The notes under the pieces are model-generated. The model was given only the letters and a program-made list of their open reading frames with translations. It ran no database searches and was not told the origin of the DNA. DNA of 64,000 nucleotides. Source: Eledone cirrhosa (Eukaryota). The position numbers and the translations under genes are program-made. The stretch is taken from positions 25,792,001-25,856,000 of the forward strand of contig OZ024746.1 in NCBI GenBank assembly GCA_964016885.1, given 5' to 3'. This document shows positions 1 through 12,214 of this stretch, piece after piece; positions within the stretch are counted from its first letter, which is position 1; the number at the start of each line of letters is the position of its first letter.

Positions 1-316
1 GGCATTTTCGTTACTGTATATTTCTGTTCGTTAATGCTTTCATTAGTGTGTCCTAACAATTTGCATTGAAATGAAGCTAAAGATAAACTCAGAAATTTTT
101 TAATCATGTCTTCTAGTTTCATGAATAATATTAATCAAGACTATGTTTCTGATTTTCTACAGGAACATAATGTTATTTCAACAACTAGGAAATGTGTACA
201 AAAAATTATTTTCATTGAGATGATTGTAATTAATACATTTTCAAAATATGAACTATTAAAGAAGCTGTGAGGAAACAATGTTGGGAGAGGGGTATGACAA
301 AACTATAGCTATTTAC

Positions 317-317
<1 letters not shown>

Positions 318-347
<30 letters not shown>

Positions 348-480
348 CTTCTTCTTCCCCCCCCCCCCCACTGAGGGTAGTCAGAAGCAACCATCTCTAA
401 TTGACATGGCTGGATCCTCAGACAATATCAACTAAGCTCCTGGATGTTATCCAACCATCTTGCTTGGGGTCTGCACCCCC
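318..480 (-). mobile_element. RTE-clade LINE 3' end fragment with (GAA)n tail
   Basis: Minus strand translates GCRPQARWLDNIQEL, matching the RTE C-terminal GRPxxRWxD motif, followed by a G run and (GAA)n, seen as (CTT)n at 318-357. Confidence 0.6.
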
Positions 481-514
481 CCCCCTCTGGTCTCCTGTCA
501 GTTTAGTCTGTCCA

Positions 515-690
515 TCAATCTAAAATACGAATGGAGAGGCCTTATTAGTCTACTGTTCTAGTAATGGGCTCTCTATTATGAACAGCTTCTTCCAGTACAA
601 ACACATCCATAAATATACATGATATTATGGGAATCAGAGGCAGAGATCAATGATTGATTTTGTTATTGTCTCTGATCTCTTCGATTTTGT
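515..690 (+). mobile_element. AP-endonuclease fragment of an RTE-like LINE (degenerate)
   Basis: Translates approximately NTNGEALLVYCSSNGLSIMNSFFQYKHIHKYT*Y..GNQRQRSMIDFVIVSDL, matching the APE motif NxNGxxLLxFC..NTFFxHKxxHKxTW..SxIDF. Confidence 0.75.
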
Positions 691-1179
691 GCTATTCACA
701 TTTAACAAACAAAAATACACTGAGATATAGCTGTAATTTATTTGTGGCAGGGACTAATAATAATGACATAAGATTTCTTTCTTAGTTTTTAATACATTTC
801 TATAGTAAAATCATTTTAAAGATTTTCTTACAGTAAAAGTAAAAGTGCATAACCTTTTAAAAGAAATAAACACTTACTTCATAAAAATATATATTCCATG
901 TGCCTTGGTTATATAGAACAGCCGTTAAAACAGCCAAATGCTGCCAATGACTGCGATGGCCAGTGGTTGGCAGAGAGTAATCCACGAAATGGGTGACAGG
1001 TAGATGAAAAATAGAAAAGATTGAGAGAGGAACAGGACAAAGAGAGGTGTGTTAGATTGTCTCTCTCTGCCACCGGACATCAAACAATGATGATGATGAT
1101 ATGTATGTCTGTGTGTTGTTATATGAGGGGCCCACGAAACGTGAACTGACCCGAGCCGGCCAAGGTCTAGATTTGGTCC

Positions 1180-1912
1180 TGATCACACTACATCAGAACA
1201 AACCACACCACACCACAATACACCACACTAAACCTTATCATCCTACATCAGACCATACCACAGTACATCAAACCACACCAGACCATACAACACTACTCTA
1301 CTCCAAAACACACCATACCACACCAAACTATACCAGACCACACAAGACCATGCCACACCATAGCACACCATACCACACCCCACTACACCACATCACACCA
1401 CACCACACCTTACCCTACCACATCACACCAGACCATACCACACCACACTACACCACACCACACCACACTACACCTTACCAACCTACACCAGACCACACCT
1501 TACCAGACCTTATCACACCAGCTCACACCACCCCACAACACACAACACCATACCCTACCACACCACAACATACCACATCACACTACACCACACCACACTA
1601 CACTTTACCAACCTACACCAGACCATACCTTACCAGACCTTATCACACCAGCCCATACCACCCCACAACACACAACACCATACCCTACCACACCACAACA
1701 CACCACATCACACTACACCACACCACACTACACCTTACCAACCTACACCAGATCATACCTTACCAGACCTTATCACACCAGCCCACACCACCCCACAACA
1801 CCATACCCTAACACACCACAACACACCACATCACACTACACCACACCACACTACACCTTACCAGACCTTATCACACCAGCCCACACCAATACCTTCCTAC
1901 ACTATACCATAC
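1180..1912. repeat. Degenerate (CACCA)n-type pentamer repeat with internal ~100-120 bp duplications
   Basis: C/A-rich 5-mer periodicity; the block ccttaccagaccttatcacaccagc recurs at about 1498, 1628, 1758 and 1856. Confidence 0.85.
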
Positions 1913-2239
1913 AATATTTCATTAGAATTCAAATCAGGAGTAAATACCAAAACCAGATGCTATTAACAGCTGCTAATTGCAAATTGATGTTTTCCTTAGC
2001 AATTGTCTAGCCTGATCAATGGATATATATATCATCATCATCAATGTCCATTTTTTCCTCCTAGCAAAGGTTGGATTGGTAATTATAGACGAAATAAATA
2101 CCCAGCTGGAGCCCAACATCCTACTTACATACACTACTCTATAGCATTAGGGAGGTGTTCATGTCTTTGACACAACTGAAGTCCTCTCAACACTTAACCC
2201 TTTTGACATTGTTCTTATAGTTTTAAAGTGTGTACTAGG

Positions 2240-2337
2240 TGCTTTTTTGTGGCACCAACACTTGAGAGGTTGTATACATACTCGTCTAACCCATGCTAGC
2301 ATAGAAAAATGGACGTTAAAAGGTGATTGATGATGAT
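2240..2337 (+). mobile_element. 3' tail of RTE-tailed SINE
   Basis: cgtctaacccatgctagcatagaaaaatggacgttaaaaggtgattgatgatg; the same tail occurs at about 5975, 51870 and 54910, and on the minus strand at 9085, 47090, 60070 and 63900. Confidence 0.75.
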
Positions 2338-2443
2338 TGCAGCAGTCCTTCAGTCTTTCTAAGCCCTGTAAAAAGAGCTCAGAAAGTTGGCCCTCGAACC
2401 AGGCTTCTGTAGCAGTGATCAAGCCGGGAACTTTTCAGCACCC

Positions 2444-2447
<4 letters not shown>
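2338..2447 (-). mobile_element. Internally deleted mariner remnant (terminus joined to transposase C-terminus)
   Basis: Minus strand begins gggggtgctgaaaagttcccggc (mariner-type terminal sequence), then encodes ITATEAWFEGQLSELFLQGLERLKDCC, like a mariner transposase C-terminus. Confidence 0.6.
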
Positions 2448-2484
<37 letters not shown>

Positions 2485-2526
2485 CCCCTCTCTCTCTCTC
2501 CCTATATATATATATCGTAGAATCAA

Positions 2527-2621
2527 GACGTATCTGAGGATCTTGCGATTTCAGAGTCAGGTTCGATCATTGCATTGATCATGCCTCGAGCTGGTCGCCA
2601 GAGAAACGATTGTAATATGTC
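2527..2621 (+). ncRNA. Type I hammerhead ribozyme motif (minimal stem III) in a ~157-bp insert within (TA)n
   Basis: Stem I GACGTAT/ATATGTC; core CTGAGGA 2534-2540; stem II TCTTGCGA/TCGCCAGA (1 mismatch) with a long internal hairpin; GAAA 2603-2606; stem III ACGATTGT; GUA cleavage triplet 2612-2614. Confidence 0.8.
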
Positions 2622-2671
2622 TAATAAATTTTATATTTTATTCGTTGCAGCATTGATTCTCCGTTTCTTAT

Positions 2672-2748
<77 letters not shown>

Positions 2749-3477
2749 CTGGCCTGGTCAAGGGAGACAGAGAGAGAGTTTGTGAATTTATAAATATTTA
2801 CACATCTTTTAGTTATTATTTATCAAATTTACAACCAAAGAATTTCATTATTTTCTCACTTCCTGGCCATTATTAACAATTTTGAAATTGTTGTTGTTGA
2901 CTTTTAAAACAAGCAAGCCATGCTTAAGATTCGATATTTAAAAATTTATAATAAATTTCAAACATTTGTGTAGCCTCTGGAAAATTGACTAGCTTGAGAA
3001 AACATAGAAAAGAGGAGTGGTAGAAGTTATTCAATTATCGACTGATGAATTAAATCATTAAAAAATAATACAAATATAAATGAAAAACATAAGTAAAAAA
3101 AATATATAACATACATATTAATTAAATAATATAAAAGATAAAATTATTTCTTGGGGTGTCAACAACTGTTTATTCCTCATTATGCCTTTCAGCAGGAAAT
3201 CATCCAAGAAAATGTCAGCCAGTTACTGTGTTTTTAAAATAAGTCTTGCTAGGTATTTTTGTTAACCATTCCTGATAAATATATAAGATAATATTTAAAG
3301 TCTCAAGGCCTGAAAGATAACATGAACTGAGAACTAAAAAACAAAATAAAGTTGTTTATTTGTTAGGTTTTCTTAATGTTCCTGTCAAAATATATTTATT
3401 TAGTTATATATAATTCACATTTGAAAATAGTCTGTTTTATTTCTATTAAAAGAACTTTGTTTGACAGAAACCAGATA

Positions 3478-3740
3478 TTAACCATTCATTACCATATTCT
3501 TAATGAGAGATGCTGTCTTTGATTTTCAAATGATTTTGAAAGTTATAAAGAATTTGGAAGGATTTAGTGATATAACTAACTTTTGTATCATTAATTTTAT
3601 ATTTAGAACATAACTTAACAAATGTTCTTATATAAAAGTATGATGGAAGTTTTTAGATTAACATAAACTCTTTAAAGATAAGCATTTGTGTATTACAGAA
3701 CCATGGGTAGTTTCAGGTGGACTAGTATCAAAAGGGTTAA
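3478..3740. mobile_element. piggyBac-like MITE (family 2)
   Basis: TTAA-ccattc...atcaaaaggg-TTAA; related copies at 11099-11360, 36414-36625, 57318-57727 and about 62140-62326. Confidence 0.6.
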
Positions 3741-3769
3741 ACTTTATAAGCTCTAATGTATCCCCAGGG

Positions 3770-4148
3770 TCAATGGGAAGAGGTGTGATAATGTAGCCGT
3801 TTGCCATTGGGCAAGAGATTAGATGCCTCATATTGAACACAACTCTTAGGTTGTGGGTGTCGGGTGGCAGTCACTATATCTGTAGCCAAATGGAATAAAC
3901 TACTGAAATACTGTGATATATCAATAAACTATGTTTTTCTGCCTATGACATTCAAGATGTTTAGAGGACTGGACTGTTGACAACAAAGTTCTTGTCATTG
4001 CTGGTGGCTCATCTTACTGAAGTATCTGGTGATGCTGGTGAGAGTACTTGGCTATTCCAGCACATTGACCTTGCTATCACCTGGCCTTATTGAAGTACCA
4101 GGGAATGCTTGTGAAGGTGCTTGGCTTTTCCAGTAGCCTTGCTTTAGG
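3770..4148 (+). mobile_element. CRE-like non-LTR retrotransposon C-terminal restriction-like endonuclease remnant
   Basis: Degenerate translation GKRCDNVAVCHWAR ... KLLKYCDISINYVFLPMTF ... LLVAHLTEVSGDAGESTWLFQHIDLAI, compared with the family pattern GKRPDGxTxxPW..KxxKY..YxFxPxAxET..GDxRExxWLxQRxxLA. Confidence 0.6.
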
Positions 4149-4389
4149 TAGAAGATTTTTTAATTATATATATATTTTATTTACATAAATATTGTCAAAG
4201 TGTATGCCTTAAGAAAACATTGTAAAGTTAGACAAAATGATAATATTTAAAGGAAAAAAAGGAAAGGGAAAGAAGAAAACAAAAAAGAGAATGAAGCAGT
4301 GAATGAAAGGGAAAGATTCTACATGATAGAAGGATAGACTCTATATGAATACACAACACAGAATGGAACAAATATCATCAAGCATCTAA

Positions 4390-4700
4390 GAATTCTGCCA
4401 ATCCACTGCCATGAAGTTGTACTTTAATTTATTGATCTCAAAAGGATGGAATATAAAGTTGATTGTGGCAGAATTTGATCACAGACCACAAAGTTGCAGA
4501 ACAGATGCCACAAGGTATCATCTTATCCAATATACTAAGAATTCTGCCAATCCCCTGCCATAAACTGACACTTTATTTAACAACCATAAAATGATAAAAA
4601 CTAAAATTGAACTCAGCAGGATTTGAACACAGAGAGCAAAGAGACAAAGTAAATGCCATAAGATTTTCTATCTAAGATTCTAACAATTACACCATTATAT
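4390..4700 (-). mobile_element. Two degenerate tandem tRNA-head SINE copies (family A)
   Basis: Reverse B box gatttgaac/gaatttgat, attctgccaatcc head and aaaggatg...aaagttga body. Confidence 0.6.
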
Positions 4701-5223
4701 CATAAATTTGCCTTGGTATCATAATTTAATTTCCTTTCTGCTGTTCTAACTGAAATATTTTATCTTGACAACTGTAACTGTACATGGCTTGCAGCACAAT
4801 TCTTACAAGTCATTCATCTTTACTCCCTTACTCCCTAAAAATCTATTCTTCATTACACATACACACTTACACACATGCATATATCATACACATACTCACA
4901 CACGTTCTCCTTACATACATGTGCAAACAACATTAAACTTTAATATTTTTTCATTGAAAATAAATCGAACAGCCACCCACAACATTTCCCAGGTTTTTCT
5001 CTGAGGCCCATCTCCTATGGACTGCCCTTGATAATGGATGGAAAATCCCAAAATATTTGGGATCATCAAAAATTGCTAAGATAACTTTCTATCGTCCTCA
5101 CTCTTATTTCAGTTCAATGTTTTCATTTTATTACTCTACCTACTTATTTCTTAGTCATATTTGTAACTCATATTCCACAATGTTTCAAGGAAACTACAAC
5201 ACCTTCTACACACACACACACAC

Positions 5224-5257
<34 letters not shown>

Positions 5258-5477
5258 TCTTTATATATGTTCTCTTTTCTTTTTGTTTTCTTCTTTTTCT
5301 TTATCTATCTCTCCCTTTCTTTTCTCCACGTTTCTCTCTCTCTCTCCATCTTTTTACTTACTCTTAACACTATGACTTACTAAAGTAAACAAATCACTAT
5401 CCTGATGGCCTCCAAAAACAATGGTCAATTTTTAAAAGGGGTACGTCAATGTCTATTTATAAAACTGTTATATATTG

Positions 5478-5542
5478 TATTTTGTCTGATGAAGGCATAC
5501 CATAATGTAACTTGGTATCCTTGAAATATATATAATGAAATA
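5478..5542 (+). ncRNA. Type I hammerhead ribozyme motif (minimal stem III)
   Basis: Stem I TATTTTGT/ATGAAATA, extended by tatttataaaac/gttttataaata; CTGATGA 5486-5492; stem II AGGCATACCA/TGGTATCCTT (1 mismatch); GAAA 5523-5526; palindromic ATATATAT stem III; AUA site; (TA)n follows at 5583. Confidence 0.7.
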
Positions 5543-5581
5543 AATATGGTTTTATAAATATAGTTTCCATTTATTAATATC

Positions 5582-5632
<51 letters not shown>

Positions 5633-5759
5633 GGAGGTGAGTTTTATTGTAGCACAATAAAGCAATGCAACTCTTTTAACCATCTTTTGATCTTATATTA
5701 TATATATATATATATATATGGAAATATAGTTTAATCTCTCTTTCTATATATACATATAT

Positions 5760-6032
5760 GTACACCCTGTAAGGTGGTCATGTTGGTGACAAGACAAAAG
5801 GTGCCTAGTTTACCCTGTAAACTGGTCATTTCAGTGTCACAATAAAAAGCACTCAGCCCACACTGTAAGGTTGGTGTAAGGAAGGGCATCCAGCCATAGA
5901 AACCTAGCCAAAATACAGATCCATATGAACAAGACGTGACCATGAACCTGACAAATCTTATAATGTGACAATCCATCTAACCCATGCAAACATGTAAAAT
6001 GGACGTTAAACAATGGATAATGATGATAATGA
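5760..6032 (+). mobile_element. RTE-tailed SINE with internal ~48-bp repeats
   Basis: ggttggtgtaaggaagggcatccagccatagaaac motif and cccatgcaaacatgtaaaatggacgttaaac-(ATG)n tail. Confidence 0.75.
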
Positions 6033-6194
6033 TATGTATGAGATCCAGAATGAATAGTGCAGGAGAGCTCAGAATGTTGATGATGGATTGAAAGCTTTAA
6101 AAGGCATGTGCAAAGACAGATGGGTAACTTCACAGTCGGCATAGTAAGACAGTGTGTGACAATGCTGGCCCTTTGAATTACAGGTATAGTCTAT

Positions 6195-6345
6195 CATACA
6201 GGCTTCCAAACAGTTTCTGTCTACTCAATTTCACTCGCATGGCAATGGTAAATGTGATCTGCCCAAGATATCATACAATGGGATTGAACCTGGGACCTAA
6301 TGATTATGACACAAACACCTTTAACCATTCTGCATATGTGGCCAT
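6195..6345 (-). mobile_element. tRNA-head SINE (family B)
   Basis: Reverse of ggccacat..ggttaa..gttcaatccca..cttgggca..gtgaaattgagtagacagaaactg; the same family occurs at 12215, 23870, 34855, 46925, 51255 and 58245. Confidence 0.65.
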
Positions 6346-6557
6346 ATAATAGAGAAACTATGAAATGAAGAGTAATAATGGCGTCTGGTTTTGGTGATAA
6401 AAACAAAGTTTTGTGTGTATTTTGTTCTGTTAGATATTCTGCAGACTATGCATGATGGAACCTTTTAGATTGTTAAAGTATTGAGAGAGAGAAGTAAAGA
6501 GAGAGAAGTAAAGAGAGAGAGAGTGGGAGGATATATATATATATATATATACACACA

Positions 6558-6628
<71 letters not shown>

Positions 6629-6899
6629 GAAATAGACAGGACACAGTTTCATACTTTTAGTTGTGATAATAAATCAAATGAAATGACATTGGCGCACGCA
6701 GTAGAGACATCATGAAACACTGGCAGAGAATTCTTAGTGACTACTTTTAAACAAACTCTTTTCAAAACTGCTATTTTGCCTGCTCAAACAAACTATTCTA
6801 CAACAGAAACCATTTCACTTCCTACTCATTTCTTCCTCAGTTACAGCTAAAAAGATAAAAAAAACAACATTCTTTTCAAAATAAATCTTTTGTAATGTG

Positions 6900-7196
6900 T
6901 AGATACTTGTGTGTGTATATGTCTGCATGTATGTGTCTGTGTATGAGAGTGTATGCATGTGTATATGTATGAGTGTGCAACTATATGTATGTATGTCTGT
7001 GTATGTGTATGAGAGTGTATGTGTGTGTCTGTGTACCTCTGTATGTGTGTGTGTCTGTGTGTTTTTGTCTCCGTGTCTGTAGGTATATCTGTGTGTGTAT
7101 GTGTATCTGCTTGTCTGTGTGTCCGTGTGTTTGTGTCTGTATGTGTTTGCATAATTGCAAGTGTGTATGTTACTTGTATATTTTTCTGTATGTATG

Positions 7197-7239
<43 letters not shown>

Positions 7240-7315
7240 GCAAGTGTGTGTGTGTGTGTGTGTGTCCGTCCACGCGTGTGCGTGCGTGTGTGTGTGTGTG
7301 TGAGTATGCGTGTAA
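6900..7315. repeat. Compound (GT)n/(TA)n microsatellite region
   Basis: Read directly from the sequence. Confidence 0.9.
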
Positions 7316-7488
7316 CTGCAGATGTATGCCTATACAGTATTACAAATGACAGCAAATGTAATTATTAGTACATAAAAATAAATATACTCCATAAAAGGAA
7401 AATATTCATTCTTCAGCGAAAATGTATAAAATATAACATTTTAGTGTTTAGTTTATCAATGGATGAATTAACTTTCTTTAGTAATATG

Positions 7489-7489
7489 C

Positions 7490-7520
<31 letters not shown>

Positions 7521-7644
7521 GTTGTTGTTGTTGTCAACATCATCATCATTTTCATCATCACCATTCTCACTGGTATTGTCATCATCATCATGATCACCCC
7601 TCCACACCACCACCACCATCATAATCATTGTCATCAACATAATC

Positions 7645-7688
<44 letters not shown>

Positions 7689-7933
7689 ATCACCTCTCCA
7701 TAATCATCGCAATCATTGTCATCAACATAATCATCATCAACAACATCATTGTTGTCATCATCATCATTGTCATCATCATCATCACCCCTCCACACCACCA
7801 CCACCACCATCATCGTCATAAACATCATCATCAACAAAATCATCATTGTCATCATCATTGTCATATCATCATCATCATTGTCATCATTGTCATCATTATC
7901 ACCAATATCATCATCATTGTCATCATCATCATG
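7489..7933. repeat. (CAT)n/(GAT)n trinucleotide region
   Basis: Read directly; includes a switch from (CAT)n to (GAT)n at about 7645-7688. Confidence 0.9.
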
Positions 7934-8069
7934 CCCATGAAATACTCAGCCACTTATTCTATAATACAATACAAACGACATGTCCAGTCATGTCACATAT
8001 TCTGCCATGCCTGCTTCTGTCTTAGAATTATATTAAAAGGACACACATCTGTGGAATATTCAGCCACAT

Positions 8070-8803
8070 AATGGTTTCTAATTTAGGCACAAGACCAACA
8101 ATGGGAGGAAAAGTCAATTATATCGACCCCAGTGTGTTACTGGTACTTTATTTTATCGACCCTGTAAGGATGAAAGGCAAAGCTAACCTTGGTGGGATTT
8201 GAACTCAGAATATAAAGGGATGTAACTATATGCTGCAAAGCATGTTGTCAGATGCTCTAACAAGAATTGTTTCTACTTTTGGCACAAGGCCAGCAATTAT
8301 CTCAGTGTATTACTGGTACTTTATTTTAACGACACTGTAAGAATGAAAGGCAAAGTTAACCTCGGCTTTATGCACAGAAATAATGGTTTCTGATTTAGAC
8401 AGAAGGCTAACAATTTTGGAGGAGGAGAAGTCAATTATATCGACACCAGTGTGTTACTGGTACTTTATTTTATCAACCCTGTAAGGATGAAAGTCAAAGC
8501 AACCTTAGTGGAATTTGAACTCAGAATGTAAAAGACAATATCAATATGTCCCGAAGCATGATGCCCAATGCTCTACCAATATGCCAATACACTTCCCTAG
8601 CCACTTACAATATAACTGTTTCTACATTAGGCACAAGGCCAGCAATTACCCAGTGCATTACTGGTACTTTATTTTATCAACCCCGTAAGGATGAAAGGCA
8701 AAGTCAACCTCGGCGGGATTTGAACTCAAATCGTAAAGGGACGTAACTATGTTGGAAAGCATGGTGTCCGACCCTCTACCGATACTGCCAATCCACCGCC
8801 CTT
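8070..8803 (-). mobile_element. Stack of four head-to-tail family-A tRNA-head SINEs
   Basis: tttcta..taggcacaaggccagcaatt...ctggtactttattttatcgaccc..taaggatgaaaggcaaag..aacct..gggatttgaactc repeated at about 8070, 8268 (partial), 8385 and 8616. Confidence 0.85.
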
Positions 8804-9074
8804 ACAATATAACACAAGATGGATTGTACCAGTATTTCAAAGATTCAGCCATGTCACATATGTCACAGTGGCTCACTGATTCAGCTTGGGGATTACATTA
8901 AAAGGACATGTATGTACATGTGGAATACTCAACCACTGACATACCAATTTATGAGCTAGATGTTTAGTGGATTGAATGACTGCATGCTCAACATCAAAAC
9001 TGACTGAGGATCTGTCATATTCTTCTATAAAAAGCTATTTTTTTTTAACGTATCCAAGAATATCAGATTTCCAA

Positions 9075-9792
9075 CATCATCATCTTCATCACCATCGTTT
9101 AATGTTCATCTTCCATGTTTGCATGGTTTAGATGAGTTATCATGTTATGAGACTAGCTCATGCAGATCTGTTTTGGGCTTAGTTTTCTACAGCTAGATGA
9201 TGTCCTTCCTAATACTAAATACATTACACTGTATATTTGGAGCTTTTCTTGTGGCACCACCACTATCCCTTTGCAGGGTGGACTGGGTGCTTTTTGTCAT
9301 GGCACCATCATAATCACCTTACAGGGTGGACTGGGTGCTTTTTGTCATGGCACCATCATAATCCCCTTACAGGGTGGACTGGATGCTTTTTGTCATGGCA
9401 TCCTCATAATCACCTTACAGGGTGGACTGAGTGCCTTTTTGTTGTGGCACTAGCACAATCAGCTTACAGGGTAGACTGAGTGTTTCTTTGTTGTGGCACA
9501 TCACAACCACCTTGCAGGGTGAACTGGGTGATTTTTGTTGTGGTACCAGTACATAAGATTATATAGGGTGGACTGAGTACTTTTTTGTCATGGCACTAGT
9601 AGGATCACCTTACAGGGTGGACTGAGTGTTTTTTTGATGTTGCATGAGTACTACAATCACCTTACAGTGTGGATTGTATATGCTTTTCTGTCATAGCACC
9701 AGTTTGACCACCTTACAGTGTAGACAGGGTGCTTTTTGTCATGGCACCCACACAACCACATTACAGCGTGGACTGAGTGCTTTTTTGTCATG
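9075..9792 (-). mobile_element. RTE-tailed SINE with about 11 tandem copies of a 48-bp internal module
   Basis: Reverse tail at 9075-9135; unit caccatcataatcaccttacagggtggactgggtgctttttgtcatgg repeated over 9250-9792. Confidence 0.8.
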
Positions 9793-10019
9793 TTATGAAT
9801 ATAACAAGATATTTTTTAAAATCAAAGTGCTGCATTTCACACATATTTTAATATGCTATATATCTATGCATTATATATAATATTTAGTTTATGTTATGAA
9901 ATAATAAATATATAAAACTGAATCTTTCTGTTTGATTTAAATTGCTTTTGAAAGGATTAAATTATTTACATTTAAAAGAAAAATTGTTTTCCTGTAAGGT
10001 GTTTTGGTAAAATGGAGTA

Positions 10020-10170
10020 AAAATATTGGCAGGTAATTTTACCTCACAAAATTTTACTAATTTTTGAAGTAAAATATTGGTGGGTAATTTTACATCACAG
10101 AATTTTACTAATTTTTTAAGTAAAAATATTGGCTGGTAATTTTACATCAGAGAATTCTACTAATTTTCAA
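10020..10170. repeat. Three copies of a ~52-bp AT-rich tandem repeat
   Basis: agtaaaaatattggc.ggtaattttacatcacagaattttactaatttt occurs three times. Confidence 0.8.
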
Positions 10171-10367
10171 GCTGGTACACCAAACTGTAATATGATTATG
10201 TTACCATGCTGCTCATAAGAACATTTTAACACTTTTCTGACTGTATTTCTCATGAAATACACAGTTTTTGAATTAATTAAGGAAGAATATTGTAAATATT
10301 TACTAGAATTATTATCTCATTACAGATAGATAGAGAGAGAGAGACACTACTATGAGATGTAGACATT

Positions 10368-10725
10368 GGTAGACAGTAGTGGTATAGTGGTTGATAGTTG
10401 TGGTACAATGGCATAGTGGTAGACAGTGGTGGTATAGTGGTGTAGTGGTAGACAGTTGTGGTATAGTGGTATAGAGGTAGACAGTGGTGATAGAGTGGTA
10501 TAGTGATAGAGAGTGGTGGTATGGTGGTAGACAGTAGTGGTATAGTGGTAGAGAGTGGTGTTATGGTGGTATAGAAGTATAGAGTGGTGGTATAGTAGTA
10601 TAGTGGTTGGCAGTAGTGGTATTGCAGTAGACAGTAATGGTGTAGTGGTCTAGTGGTATAGTGGTATAGTGGTATAGTGGTATAGTGGTAGACAGTAATG
10701 ATATAGTGGTATAAGGTATAGTAGT
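10368..10725. repeat. (GTGGTATA)n/(GTGGTAGACA)n minisatellite
   Basis: Read directly from the sequence. Confidence 0.85.
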
Positions 10726-11098
10726 AAGCATGCTCTAGAAAACCAATTAAAGATTAGCAGTGTAGTTTGCTTGAAGGATTGTGGAAAGTGTAGCAAACTA
10801 CGCATTAGATTGCTACAACAATGCTATATATAGGACATTAAATAACAAGAACGATTGTTACCTTAGAAATGTTTAATTGGACTTTTATATATTTCAGGAA
10901 ACATCCTCTTGTCAAAATGTTCCAGGAATTATGGCAAAGTGGAACATCTGTGTTTGCTTAAGAGAGTGACATGTTGAATTATTAAATATTGAAATATGTA
11001 CAGAAAGAAAGATCAATGAGCCACACAAAAGATTGGGTTAGAGAAAATAAGACAAGCTATCAAGTGAATTGTTTTTCTTAGGTTACTTGTTGTCAAAT

Positions 11099-11360
11099 TT
11101 AACCTTCTTGATGCCAAGCCAACTGAAACTGCTCTTGGTTCTGTGGCACTAAGCTGTTTACTTTTAAATGTTTATATTTATCTAAAATCCTTCCATCACA
11201 ATTTTATCAGAATCTTTGTTAAGTTATGTTCTAAACACTAGTTTAATAAAGATAAAGTTAGATATATTACTAAATCTCTCCAAATTCTTGATTATTTTCA
11301 AACTTATTTGAAAATTATAGGCAGTGTCTTTCCTGACAAATATGGTAACGAAAAAGTTAA
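11099..11360. mobile_element. piggyBac-like MITE (family 2), opposite orientation to the copy at 3478
   Basis: TTAA-ccttcttgatgcc...ggtaacgaaaaag-TTAA. Confidence 0.55.
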
Positions 11361-11569
11361 AGGCTATATTATGGAGATTAAGAACAAATCAATGAAACAC
11401 AAGTGATTGGAGCAGAGAAAGTAGACAAGATATTAAGTGAAATGTGTTTCTAATGTTACTTATTGTCAGGTTTAATTGTTATATATAGATATATTGTAGT
11501 TTTTGTGATATTATTAAAATCTTAAATGTACAACAATTTGTCTCACTTCTTAAATCTATAATCTGTTGT

Positions 11570-11885
11570 TTTGTTGGACTTCCATCAGTCCTGACGATGA
11601 GTGTTCCAGTTATTTGATCAACAGAACAGCCTGATTATGAAGTTAATATGAAAGTGACTGAGTATTCCACAGATACATGAGCTCTTAACATAATTTTCAG
11701 CATGACATAGCATATGAGATGGTCAGCCCTTTAAATACATACACACAACTAACTCATTTTTTTCAGCTGAATGGATTGGAACAACATGAAATAAAGTGTA
11801 TTAATGAAACAACACACTGATGGGATTTGAACTCAGAACCTTACAATTGTGAATTAAAACCCTAACTATTAAGTCACATACATTT
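11570..11885 (-). mobile_element. tRNA-head SINE (family C), near full length
   Basis: gttccagtt..gatcaacagaacagcctg..gtgactgagtattccacaga..aactcattttttcagctga..tgaaataaagtg..gatttgaactc; the same family occurs at 31585-32485, 34375-34850, 45805-46125, 54645, 55545 and 63655. Confidence 0.7.
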
Positions 11886-12214
11886 ATGCTATCAAATGAA
11901 AAGTGATCTAATGCTACTTGTCAGGTTTAAAATAGTTATATATTATAGCATCTGTGATATTACCAACTCCTTAGATGTTCAACAATCTGTCTCATTTTTT
12001 GATATCTTACCCCTGAAAGAACATTGAGATCATTGCTTGTTTCTTACATTATCTTTTGTCTTTTCTTTATTTTGTCTTAGAAGGAAAAATAGCTTCAAAT
12101 CTAAAAATACTTGAGTGGTTCTATTTGGAAGGGAACTTTATGTACTTTTTAAGCCAATTGTCAATACCTCTCACACTATAAAGTAAATAATGAATTGCTG
12201 TGGATTAGTTAAAT

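Noticed and set aside
1122-1165. Possible mariner TIR (tatgagggg...)
   Set aside because: Does not match the terminus at 2421-2447 beyond a few bases.
1101-1811. 236-aa His/Thr/Pro-rich ORF
   Set aside because: Translation of a degenerate CACCA repeat; no gene structure.
5022-5062. Possible decayed hammerhead (ccc-TTGATAA-tggat..atccc-AAAA..ggg)
   Set aside because: Several core positions deviate; cannot be told from chance by eye.
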